Source of the DNA: a virus
Strand: one strand, 5' to 3'
DNA: 44,939 nucleotides
Virus record (IMG/VR): IMGVR_UViG_3300045988_013489
Shown: positions 34,428 through 42,788 of the stretch, piece by piece
Position numbering within the stretch: the first letter of the stretch is position 1
Layout: the number at the start of each line of letters is the position of its first letter
The notes under the pieces: model-generated
The model's input: the letters and a program-made list of their open reading frames with translations, nothing else
What the model was told of the DNA's origin: nothing
Databases searched by the model: none
Position numbers and translations under genes: made by a program

Positions 34428-34470
34428 AAACATGTACCACAACTTTTCTGCTGACCTGTGATAGAATATA
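34428..34470 (+). promoter_or_regulatory. Late-promoter-like element, copy 1 (upstream of the terminase gene)
   Basis: aaacatgtaccacaactttt, 8 variable nt, then ctgtgatagaatata. Extended -10 TGaTAGAAT. The 20-mer is identical to 42743-42762 and has the same 34-nt offset to the -10. Confidence 0.5.
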
Positions 34471-34520
34471 CTCAGAAGTATTACTATGCGATTTTATAGC
34501 TTAATTCAGAAAGGATATGA

Positions 34521-36083
34521 TTGGATGTTGATAAGATGGCAAACGAGAAAAATTTAATACCAAATTCTGAACGAACTCCGAGCGAACTTCGAGAAATAAC
34601 AAAAAAAGGCGGTATTAAGTCGGGAGAAGTACGCCGTCAAAAAAAGACCCTTTCTGAATTAGCAAAAATGATAGCTGAAAATCCTGCCCCGGCTGCTGCA
34701 AAGAAGAAACTCGCGAAGATGGGAATATCTGACGAGGATGCAAATAACAATGCCTGTATTGCGGCTGCCGTGTATGATAAAGCCATAAAAGGTAATATGC
34801 AGGCGGTAGACAAATGGGAACAGTTAACAGCAGCTTCAAAAAATGATGATGAAAAATATTATCTGCCAGGCAGAGTACTTGGCAAGGCGTTTGTGGACAT
34901 TAACCGACAGATTAAACCTAACATTGAATATGTATTCGAGGGCGGTCGAGGTGGCCTGAAATCCTCTTTTGTAGCTTTTAAAATTGTTGAGCTTATCAAG
35001 AATAATCCTCAGATGCACGCCTGCATCACAAGACAGGTGGCCGGTACTCTGAAAGATTCTGTGTATGCTAACATGAAATGGGCTATCAACGAACTGGGAC
35101 TGATGGAAGAATTTGAATGTAAAGTTTCGCCACTTGAGATCAAGTATATTAAAACAGGGCAGACAATATACTTCCGTGGTCTGGACGATGAAACCAAGTT
35201 GAAATCTATTAAGCCGGAGTTTGGCTACATCGGAATCCTCTGGAAAGAAGAAAAAGATCAAATGAAGGGAGATGCCCAGGAACGTTCCGTTAATCAGTCA
35301 GTACTTCGTGGCGGTGATGAATCCTATGATTTTTCATCATATAATCCGCCAAAATCGAAATCAAACTGGGTAAACAGGATCAAGCTCACACCTAACCCGA
35401 AAAGGGTTATTCATCATTCGAGTTATCTGGAAGCCCCGGCGGAGTGGCTTGGACAGAAGTTTATTGACGATGCAGCGCATCTGAAAGAAATCAATCCAGA
35501 AGCCTATGAGCATGAATACCTGGGCGTTCCGAATGGTGACGGCGGAAATGTATTTGAATATCTGGAGATTAGAGATATCACAGACGAAGAGATCAGCCAC
35601 ATGGATCGCATTTTCGCTGGTGTAGATTATGGATGGTACCCGGATGCCTTCTGCTATCTCCGGACTTATTACGATTCTGCCAGAGAGAAAATATATCTGA
35701 TTGACGAATTGTATGTAAATAAATGGAGTAACTCCAAGACCGCTGATTGGATCAAGAAAAAAGGCTATGATGATTACACAATGATATGTGATTCTGCGGA
35801 ACCTAAGTCCGTGAATGATTTCCGGGATGCCGGACTTCCTGCCAGAGGAGCAATCAAAGGCCCGGGAAGTATCGAGTATGGTTTCAAATTCTTGCAAACA
35901 AAGACCATAGTCATTGATCCGAAGCGTACACCGAATGCATACAAGGAAATTACGGAATATGAGTACGATCGGGACAAAGAGGGAAATGTGATAAGTGGTT
36001 ATCCTGATGGAAACGATCATGCAATCTCGGCACTTAGGTATGCTTATGAGCCGTTATTTAACAGGAGGGGGTACAGTGCATAA
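34521..36083 (+). CDS. terL: Terminase large subunit (PBSX-type) with an N-terminal small-subunit-like extension
   Basis: YVFEGGRGGLKSSFVAFKI (Walker A variant) ... IYFRGLDDETKLKS. The first ~110 aa (KGGIKSGEVRRQKKT...KGNMQAVDKWEQL) look TerS-like. Start is TTG at 34521 or ATG at 34536. Confidence 0.85.
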   Translation: MDVDKMANEKNLIPNSERTPSELREITKKGGIKSGEVRRQKKTLSELAKMIAENPAPAAAKKKLAKMGISDEDANNNACIAAAVYDKAIKGNMQAVDKWEQLTAASKNDDEKYYLPGRVLGKAFVDINRQIKPNIEYVFEGGRGGLKSSFVAFKIVELIKNNPQMHACITRQVAGTLKDSVYANMKWAINELGLMEEFECKVSPLEIKYIKTGQTIYFRGLDDETKLKSIKPEFGYIGILWKEEKDQMKGDAQERSVNQSVLRGGDESYDFSSYNPPKSKSNWVNRIKLTPNPKRVIHHSSYLEAPAEWLGQKFIDDAAHLKEINPEAYEHEYLGVPNGDGGNVFEYLEIRDITDEEISHMDRIFAGVDYGWYPDAFCYLRTYYDSAREKIYLIDELYVNKWSNSKTADWIKKKGYDDYTMICDSAEPKSVNDFRDAGLPARGAIKGPGSIEYGFKFLQTKTIVIDPKRTPNAYKEITEYEYDRDKEGNVISGYPDGNDHAISALRYAYEPLFNRRGYSA

Positions 36084-36274
36084 TGTGTAAATTTTGTGAT
36101 GAATTAGCTTCTTGGAAAGAATGTCATGATAATCCAGAACGCAAGAAGAGCAAATATATATACGGCTGCATGTTGTACATATACATGAAAGACCGAAAAG
36201 GGAGCATTACTTCCAGACCGTTTGACCTTAATTATTGTCCGATGTGTGGAAAAAAGATAGCGACAGGTGACTAA
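36083..36274 (+). CDS. Zinc-ribbon small protein
   Basis: CKFC ... CPMCGKK. ATGA-type overlap with terL. Confidence 0.5.
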   Translation: MCKFCDELASWKECHDNPERKKSKYIYGCMLYIYMKDRKGSITSRPFDLNYCPMCGKKIATGD

Positions 36275-37762
36275 ATGGGACTTATAACAACACTAAAAAG
36301 GTGGTTTAACATGATATTCAAAAAACAAGCCGAAGAGGATTTCAATATTCAGGCAGCAGAGTTTCCAGAGATGGAATCGCTGATTAATAAATGCGCAAAC
36401 ATATATCGAGGCGTTCCATACTGGCTAGATGATAAGGATAATATCAAGACGATCAATTTCGCAAAATCTGTCTGCTCAGAGACAGCTCGGCTCGCAACGC
36501 TGGCGATCGGTATTCAGATAGACGGTTCTGCAAGGGCTACGTGGCTTCAGGAGCAGATTGACAAGGTATATTTCCAGATCCGGCACTGGGTAGAATACGG
36601 ATGTGCCTATGGAACAGTATTTATCAAGCCAAACGGTGAGAGCCTTGACGTATTTACTCCGGCAGATGTGATGATTGTAGATTACGACAATCAGGAGATC
36701 AAAGGGATTATATTTAAGGATTCTTATACTGTCGGAAGAAAATACTATACACGGCTTGAATATCATAGATTTGTTGAGACCACAATAGACGGCGTGACAA
36801 CTTATCCGTACTACGTTTCTAATAGAGCCTATGTATCAAAATCCCCTCAGAGCATCGGAGATAAGATTGACCTTAAACAGACCAAATGGGCGGACCTCAT
36901 GGCAGATACACCGCCAATTCTCAAGGCAAATAGGGAGAAGCTGGACGGACCTCTGTATGGAGTTTTACGGACACCACAGGCGAACAATGTGGATATTAGC
37001 ACGCCACTGGGCTTACCAATATTCGCAGAAGCTATCGAAGAACTAAAAGACATTGACATTGCATACAGCCGTAATGCCGGAGAGATATTCGATTCTCAGA
37101 AGATTGTTCTGGCAGATGATAGACTGCTGATGCCAAACGGCGCACCTGTATCAGCTATGTCGCCACAGGGCATGGAGAACAGACGGAATGAGATGAGGTT
37201 ACCGCACTTTGTTAAGAATGTATTCGGACAGGACGCGAAAGAATTCTACCAAGAAATTAATCCAGTTCTCAATACAGATACCCGTATAGTCGGCATGAAT
37301 GCCATTCTAAACCAGATAGGATATAAGATTGGATTCTCTAACGGATATTTTGTTTTTAATGAAAAAACAGGTATGGTGACGGCTACGCAGGTAGAAGCAG
37401 ACGACAGACGGACAATTCAGTTTATCAAGGACGTTCGGGATAAGCTGGAGTGTTGTTTGAATGACACTATATACGCCTTAAATACATTTGCAGATTTATA
37501 TGGCATCGCACCAGATTCTAACTGGATTTACGACGAAAAGAAAAAGAAATATGTCCAGTATATAGTTAACTATGATTTTGGTGATTTTACATACAGCAGA
37601 GAAGAAGACAGGATAGCGTGGTACAGTTATGTAAATTCTGGACATGTGACATTTTGGCGTTATTTGGTGAAATTTTATGGATATACCGAAGAGGAAGCAA
37701 AAAAAATTTCACAAGAAGCCAAAGAGGAAAACAAAACGAGAGGTTTTTTTGAAGAAGAGTAA
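36275..37762 (+). CDS. Portal protein
   Basis: 495 aa, between the terminase and MuF-like genes. The N-terminus (YRGVPYWLDD...INFAKSVCSETARLA) resembles SPP1-type portal proteins. Confidence 0.75.
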   Translation: MGLITTLKRWFNMIFKKQAEEDFNIQAAEFPEMESLINKCANIYRGVPYWLDDKDNIKTINFAKSVCSETARLATLAIGIQIDGSARATWLQEQIDKVYFQIRHWVEYGCAYGTVFIKPNGESLDVFTPADVMIVDYDNQEIKGIIFKDSYTVGRKYYTRLEYHRFVETTIDGVTTYPYYVSNRAYVSKSPQSIGDKIDLKQTKWADLMADTPPILKANREKLDGPLYGVLRTPQANNVDISTPLGLPIFAEAIEELKDIDIAYSRNAGEIFDSQKIVLADDRLLMPNGAPVSAMSPQGMENRRNEMRLPHFVKNVFGQDAKEFYQEINPVLNTDTRIVGMNAILNQIGYKIGFSNGYFVFNEKTGMVTATQVEADDRRTIQFIKDVRDKLECCLNDTIYALNTFADLYGIAPDSNWIYDEKKKKYVQYIVNYDFGDFTYSREEDRIAWYSYVNSGHVTFWRYLVKFYGYTEEEAKKISQEAKEENKTRGFFEEE

Positions 37763-37828
37763 TGAGGTTAGAACAATGGTTAAAGAAGCTCAGCCAGATG
37801 AACCGAAATTATTTGGAGATGAGTAGCT

Positions 37829-39115
37829 ATGTTAAGTCCGGAATATCTACGGCAAATCACAGAGGGCAGTGAGCAAATTGCTGAAGAATTGCACCAGTAT
37901 ATCATCTCTGAGATCGTGTCGCGGATGATGGCGAGAATCGGCAGAGGTGAGGAATATATTCTGACCAATGCCGATGCGTGGAGAATCAGAACGCTACAGG
38001 AATCCGGCGAACTGTTAGAGGACATTCTAGCGGAGCTGTCCAGATATACCAAACGCGAACGGCAGGAGCTTTTTGAAGCGTTTGAAGATGCCGGAATCAC
38101 TGCAATGGACTACGATGATAAGGTATATAAGGCGGCAGGACTAAGCCCTGTACCGCTCGAACAATCCCCGGCTATGATAAGACTCATGGAACGGAATATG
38201 CTTGCGACCATGGGCGAGTGGAAGAACTTCACAAGAACAACCGCAAGTGCCGCTCAGAGGCTCTATATCGAACAGTGTGACCTTGCGTATAATCATGTGA
38301 TGACTGGGGCAGTCGGGTATACACAAGCCATCAAAGAAGCGGTTAATAATGTCGTATCAGATGGTGTTACCGTCACATATCCATCTGGTAGAAAAGACAC
38401 GATTGAAACAGCAGTTGCACGTTCCGTCAGAACTGGCGTGGCGCAGGCGTGTGCTGATATTCAGTTGACAAGAATGAAAGAAATGGAATATGGTTTAGTA
38501 CTGACATCGGCGCATATAGGAAGCCGCCCAAGTCATGAAGTATGGCAAGGGCAGGTATTTTCCATAGACTGGGAAAAATTAAAAGAAATTAAGCCGGAGT
38601 TTTTTCAGGAACGAGATACACCGGAATATCGTAGAATGTTGGAGCAAAAAGCAAGCCACTATCCAGATTTTATTGAAAATTGTCATTATGGTGAAGCTGA
38701 TGGAATATGTGGAGTAAATTGCAGACATCATTTTTCAGTTTGGGTGGAAGGAATGCCGAATCCCTATACAGAACTATCGGCACAGGATAAAGCCGACAAA
38801 GGGAAGCAGTACGAAAAGGAACAGCGGCAACGTACTTATGAACGAAGAATCCGCAAAACAAAACGCGAAGTCCTTGGGCTGCAAGCAGGAGTCGACAATG
38901 CACCGAATGAAAAGGCAAAATTTGCATTACAGCAAGACCTTGACCGAAAGTCTTATCTTCTGCAGAAACAAAATGCTGCATACAAAGATTATTGCAAACA
39001 GAATGGCCTGAGGGAACTACAAGACCGCCTTATGATTGCAAAGTGGAATCGTCAGAACGCCGCAAAAGCCAGAGGAGCGGCAAAACGATATAAAACAGCA
39101 AAGGGGATTGACTGA
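37829..39115 (+). CDS. Minor head protein (MuF / SPP1 gp7-like)
   Basis: PEYLRQITEGSEQIAEELHQYI..., plus the conserved ...GICGVNCRHHF... segment typical of the MuF/minor capsid 2 family. Confidence 0.75.
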   Translation: MLSPEYLRQITEGSEQIAEELHQYIISEIVSRMMARIGRGEEYILTNADAWRIRTLQESGELLEDILAELSRYTKRERQELFEAFEDAGITAMDYDDKVYKAAGLSPVPLEQSPAMIRLMERNMLATMGEWKNFTRTTASAAQRLYIEQCDLAYNHVMTGAVGYTQAIKEAVNNVVSDGVTVTYPSGRKDTIETAVARSVRTGVAQACADIQLTRMKEMEYGLVLTSAHIGSRPSHEVWQGQVFSIDWEKLKEIKPEFFQERDTPEYRRMLEQKASHYPDFIENCHYGEADGICGVNCRHHFSVWVEGMPNPYTELSAQDKADKGKQYEKEQRQRTYERRIRKTKREVLGLQAGVDNAPNEKAKFALQQDLDRKSYLLQKQNAAYKDYCKQNGLRELQDRLMIAKWNRQNAAKARGAAKRYKTAKGID

Positions 39116-39504
39116 TGGACAGATGGGAATATTACAATCCGAATCCTGTTAAGGGTAAGAGAACAGGAGATTGCGTTGTCCGGGCAATATGTAAAGCAAC
39201 TGGCTTCGACTGGGAAACAGTATTCGCCGGATTAATGATACAGGCGTGTACTCTGTCAGATATGCCAAGCGCAAATTATGTCTGGGGAGCGTACCTCTAT
39301 AAACATGGATACAGACGAAAACTGATTGAGCAGTCGGAGCGATATATTTATACAGTCAATGACTTTTGCGCAGATCATCCGACAGGCACATACATTCTCT
39401 GCATAGATGGCCACGTGGTGACAGTACAAGAGGGCAAATATTTCGATACATGGGATAGCGGTAATGAGATCCCGGTATATTACTGGGAAAAGGAGAATAA
39501 ATGA
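39115..39504 (+). CDS. Hypothetical protein (GDCVVRA motif; possible papain-like fold)
   Basis: ATGA overlap with the upstream gene. 129 aa. YNPNPVKGKRTGDCVVRAI. The fold assignment is speculative. Confidence 0.5.
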   Translation: MDRWEYYNPNPVKGKRTGDCVVRAICKATGFDWETVFAGLMIQACTLSDMPSANYVWGAYLYKHGYRRKLIEQSERYIYTVNDFCADHPTGTYILCIDGHVVTVQEGKYFDTWDSGNEIPVYYWEKENK

Positions 39505-39806
39505 GCATATCAGAATTTATACAGATTTTCCTTTCGATCTGCGGAGGGGTATCTATCGTCGGGGGAGCGGCGGCTGTAATCTTTAAATGGATTACTCCAG
39601 CATTTCGACTTAATAAGCGAGTAGAGACACTGGAAGAACATGATAGACGAGACTATGAAAGCCTTCAGAGAATCGCAGAACGAGATTCATTAATTTTGGA
39701 AGTGTTATCAACCATGTTGGATAGTCAGATCAGTGGGAATAATGTCGAGGAATTAAAAAAAACAAAACAGAAGCTTACAAATTATCTCGCACAGAATCAA
39801 CGTTAG
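39501..39806 (+). CDS. Membrane-anchored coiled-coil protein
   Basis: N-terminal transmembrane helix FIQIFLSICGGVSIVGGAAAVIF. Confidence 0.55.
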   Translation: MSISEFIQIFLSICGGVSIVGGAAAVIFKWITPAFRLNKRVETLEEHDRRDYESLQRIAERDSLILEVLSTMLDSQISGNNVEELKKTKQKLTNYLAQNQR

Positions 39807-39820
39807 CATTAGTAAGGGGT

Positions 39821-40027
39821 ATGCTCATGAAATTATATGTGTTCACAAAGAAAGATATAGACAGATTCTTGATAGAGTGTAATTTTACACCGGATGAAGA
39901 AAGATTGTTCCGGCTGAGATGTCAGGAGCACACTCTTGAATACTGTGCTGAACAGATGAACGTGAGCATATCCACGGCGAAGCGATTAAGTCGCCGGATA
40001 AACAATAAAATAATCAAAGTGTGCTGA
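39821..40027 (+). CDS. Small sigma-70 region-4-like HTH protein (candidate late-gene regulator)
   Basis: 68 aa. LRCQEHTLEYCAEQMNVSISTAKRLSRRINNKI resembles a sigma region 4 / LuxR-type HTH. Confidence 0.45.
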   Translation: MLMKLYVFTKKDIDRFLIECNFTPDEERLFRLRCQEHTLEYCAEQMNVSISTAKRLSRRINNKIIKVC

Positions 40028-40047
40028 TACTTTTTAGATACTTATAT

Positions 40048-40081
40048 GGGTCTTAGACGAACTGTCTAAGGCTCTTTTTTT
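40048..40081 (+). terminator. Rho-independent terminator
   Basis: Stem cttagac/gtctaag, extended by G-C and G-U pairs, followed by ttttttt. Confidence 0.7.
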
Positions 40082-40115
40082 ATTTTAGAATATAATCAGA
40101 AAGGTGGTGCATAAG

Positions 40116-40586
40116 ATGGCATTATATAACAATCCTTATCAATATAGTTTTGGTGTTCCGGGACAGATGAACCAATTTCAGCAACAGCCTGTCCAGATGC
40201 CAACTCAACCAGTACAGCAACCCCAGCAGAATAACAATGGAATCCTGTGGGTATCTGGCGAAGTTGGAGCAAAATCCTATCTGGTAGCACCCGGAACAAG
40301 TGTTTTGCTGATGGATTCAGAGAGCGAAAAATTCTATATAAAATCCACAGACGTTTCCGGCATGCCGCAGCCATTACGGACGTTTGAGTATCACGAAGTA
40401 GGCACTCAGATGACACCTAAACAGCCTGTTCAGAACATGGACAGTAAATATGTCACCAGACAGGAATACGACGATTTAAGGGACAAATACGAAGCTATCA
40501 TAAACCGATTAAATTCTTTTTCTGAACCTGTTAGAGCTAATACCGCGCAGGAATCAGCAGCCAAGGGAGGAAATGCAGATGAGTAA
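40116..40586 (+). CDS. Hypothetical Q/P-rich protein
   Basis: ATG at 40116 with RBS aaaggtgg. The N-terminus (QFQQQPVQMPTQPVQQPQQ) is followed by a beta-rich segment (ILWVSGEVGAKSYLVAPGTSVLLMD). Confidence 0.55.
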   Translation: MALYNNPYQYSFGVPGQMNQFQQQPVQMPTQPVQQPQQNNNGILWVSGEVGAKSYLVAPGTSVLLMDSESEKFYIKSTDVSGMPQPLRTFEYHEVGTQMTPKQPVQNMDSKYVTRQEYDDLRDKYEAIINRLNSFSEPVRANTAQESAAKGGNADE

Positions 40587-40800
40587 TCCATTATTCAATG
40601 CCCTCGGTGGTGGGATGCCACAGGGAAACGGGCCAATGCAGATGATACAGCAGTTTATGCAGTTTAAGCAGAATTTCAAGGGAGACCCGAAAGCGGAAGT
40701 TGAGAAGATGTTACAGTCTGGAAAGATTTCTCAGCAGCAGCTTAATCAGATTCAGCAGATGGCAGGACAGTTTCAACACATATTGAAAGGAATGAAATAG
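40573..40800 (+). CDS. Hypothetical Q-rich small protein
   Basis: 75 aa. Contains QMIQQFMQFKQNF and ISQQQLNQIQQMAGQFQ. Confidence 0.5.
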   Translation: MQMSNPLFNALGGGMPQGNGPMQMIQQFMQFKQNFKGDPKAEVEKMLQSGKISQQQLNQIQQMAGQFQHILKGMK

Positions 40801-40853
40801 TACATTACAATCTGGCCAGATTGATGTAAATACACAAAAAGGAGATTATAACT

Positions 40854-41636
40854 ATGGATGGAAATTTAACAGCATCAGATGTTGCTCTTTTAACTGGGAA
40901 CAACAGAAATGATGGAATGTTTGGCGGAGATGGCGCATGGTGGCTTATCGTGCTTTTCTTGTTTGTATTCTGCGGATGGGGAAACAACGGCTGGGGCAAT
41001 AATGGCAACGGCGGCGGATATGCAGCCACAGCAGCTACTCAGGCAGATATTCAGAGGGGATTTGACAATTCCGCAGTAATTAGCAAACTTGACGGAATCA
41101 ACAGTGGTCTCTGTGATGGTTTCTACGCCATGAATAATGGTATGCTTACCGGTTTTAACGGAATCAACACCAACATCATGCAGACTGGTTTTGGCATCCA
41201 GCAGGCTATTAATGCCGATACTGTAGCTAATATGCAGAATACAAACGCATTGCAGGCACAGCTTGCGAACTGCTGTTGTGAAACCAGGGAAGCTATCCAG
41301 GGCGTAAACTACAATATGGCACAGAATACCTGCGCATTGCAGAACACCATGAACAGTAACACAAGAGACATCATTGATAACCAGAATGCAAATGCGAGAG
41401 CTGTTTTAGATTATCTTTGCAATGAAAAGATTTCTAACTTGCAGGCTGAGAACAATGACCTCAGGCGTGCCGCTTCTCAGGATCGCCAGTCTGCACTTCT
41501 CACAACTGCAATGGCTTCTCAGACACAGCAGCTCATTAATGCGATTAATCCAGCGCCGATTCCGGCATATCAGGTTCCTAACCCGAACACATATTACGGA
41601 TGTGGATGCGGATGCAACACCGGATGCAATTGCTGA
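40854..41636 (+). CDS. Hypothetical membrane protein, Gly/Asn/Trp-rich with N/Q-rich repeats and a CGCGC tail
   Basis: WWLIVLFLFVFCGWGNNGWGNNGNGGG, periodic N/Q-rich helical region, CCC in the middle, C-terminal YYGCGCGCNTGCNC. Confidence 0.55.
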   Translation: MDGNLTASDVALLTGNNRNDGMFGGDGAWWLIVLFLFVFCGWGNNGWGNNGNGGGYAATAATQADIQRGFDNSAVISKLDGINSGLCDGFYAMNNGMLTGFNGINTNIMQTGFGIQQAINADTVANMQNTNALQAQLANCCCETREAIQGVNYNMAQNTCALQNTMNSNTRDIIDNQNANARAVLDYLCNEKISNLQAENNDLRRAASQDRQSALLTTAMASQTQQLINAINPAPIPAYQVPNPNTYYGCGCGCNTGCNC

Positions 41637-41696
41637 TAACTTCATATTGAGAGTATCTTTCGATTGATTCGAATGTCGGCTTATGCCGTTTTACAC

Positions 41697-41724
41697 AGAG
41701 GGGCAGGCTGAGACCTGTCCTTTT
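41697..41724 (+). terminator. Rho-independent terminator
   Basis: Stem gggcagg/cctgtcc, loop ctgaga, then tttt. Confidence 0.6.
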
Positions 41725-41746
41725 GTAATATGAAAGGAGTATTTTT

Positions 41747-42169
41747 ATGGCAGAATTTACAAATGTAGCTGCTCAGACTGTAGCAGCAAATGGAAACGTA
41801 GTGTTTTCAAACACAGCAGTTAAAGGCTCTAACTGCATTCAGCACAGAGAAGGAAGTGGAATTATTACACTGAGAGGACTGACTAACCAGTGCAAAGCGA
41901 GGTTCTTTGTAGATTTTTCTGGTAATATCGCAATTCCAACAGGCGGTACTGTCGGAGCTATCTCTTTGGCGATTGCAATCTCTGGCGAACCGGTATTATC
42001 TTCACAGATGATTTCCACACCGGCAGCAGTAGATCAGTATAACAATGTGTCCTCTGGCATCTATATTGATGTACCTCGTGGATGCTGCGTTAATATCGCA
42101 GTAGAGAACGTGAGCGATCAGGCTATTTCTGTTGCAAACGCAAACATCGTTGTAACCAGAGAAGCATAG
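41747..42169 (+). CDS. Hypothetical beta-sandwich protein, possibly BclA-C-terminal/C1q-like
   Basis: 140 aa. Contains NGNVVFSNTAV, GIITLRG, and RGCCVNIAVENVSDQAISVANANIVVT, which resembles small clostridial C1q-like proteins from memory. Confidence 0.4.
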   Translation: MAEFTNVAAQTVAANGNVVFSNTAVKGSNCIQHREGSGIITLRGLTNQCKARFFVDFSGNIAIPTGGTVGAISLAIAISGEPVLSSQMISTPAAVDQYNNVSSGIYIDVPRGCCVNIAVENVSDQAISVANANIVVTREA

Positions 42170-42180
42170 GAGGTGTGATT

Positions 42181-42735
42181 ATGAGAGACATTAAAGACTT
42201 ATGCGCAAGAATCGAAGACGAACTGTCCAAAATTGCTGATAGCGGGCTGACCACTGGAAATCTGGAAATGACATACAAGTTGATTGATATGTACAAAGAT
42301 ATCAAAAACACTCAATACTGGGACAAAAAGGTGGAATATTACAACGCTGTCCTTGATGAGATGCGCGGCGGATACAATGACGATTACAGCGAGCGTGGAA
42401 GAAAACGTGATAGCATGGGGAGATACAGCACAAATGACGGCAGAATGATGCCAGATTACGACCGGGGCAGTTCTTACGCCAGACGTGGTGAACATTATGT
42501 CAGAGGGCATTACAGCCGCTCTGACGGACGAGATGCTTATGACGACTATATGACACAGAAACAGAGCTATCGTTCCGGCAAATCTGAGGACTGCAAAAGA
42601 AAGATGCTTGCCGCATTGGAAGAACATCTGGACGAACTCACAACAGAAATGAGCGATATGTCCAAGGACGCAGAGTGCCGGGAGGAACGTGATCTTGTTA
42701 AAAGATACGTGGAAAAACTCCGGGATATGCTCTAA
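42181..42735 (+). CDS. Hypothetical protein with an R/D/Y/S-rich low-complexity centre
   Basis: ATG at 42181 follows taggaggtg. Helical ends flank DYSERGRKRDSMGRYSTNDGRMMPDYDRGSSYARRGEHYVRGHYSRSDGRDAYDDY. Confidence 0.55.
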   Translation: MRDIKDLCARIEDELSKIADSGLTTGNLEMTYKLIDMYKDIKNTQYWDKKVEYYNAVLDEMRGGYNDDYSERGRKRDSMGRYSTNDGRMMPDYDRGSSYARRGEHYVRGHYSRSDGRDAYDDYMTQKQSYRSGKSEDCKRKMLAALEEHLDELTTEMSDMSKDAECREERDLVKRYVEKLRDML

Positions 42736-42742
42736 TTGGCTA

Positions 42743-42785
42743 AAACATGTACCACAACTTTTTGAAGGTTCTGTGGTAAAATGTA
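42743..42785 (+). promoter_or_regulatory. Late-promoter-like element, copy 2 (upstream of the structured leader and the scaffold/capsid operon)
   Basis: aaacatgtaccacaactttt, 8 variable nt, then ctgtggtaaaatgta. Extended -10 TGgTAAAAT. Same architecture as 34428-34470. Confidence 0.5.
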
Positions 42786-42788
42786 TTC

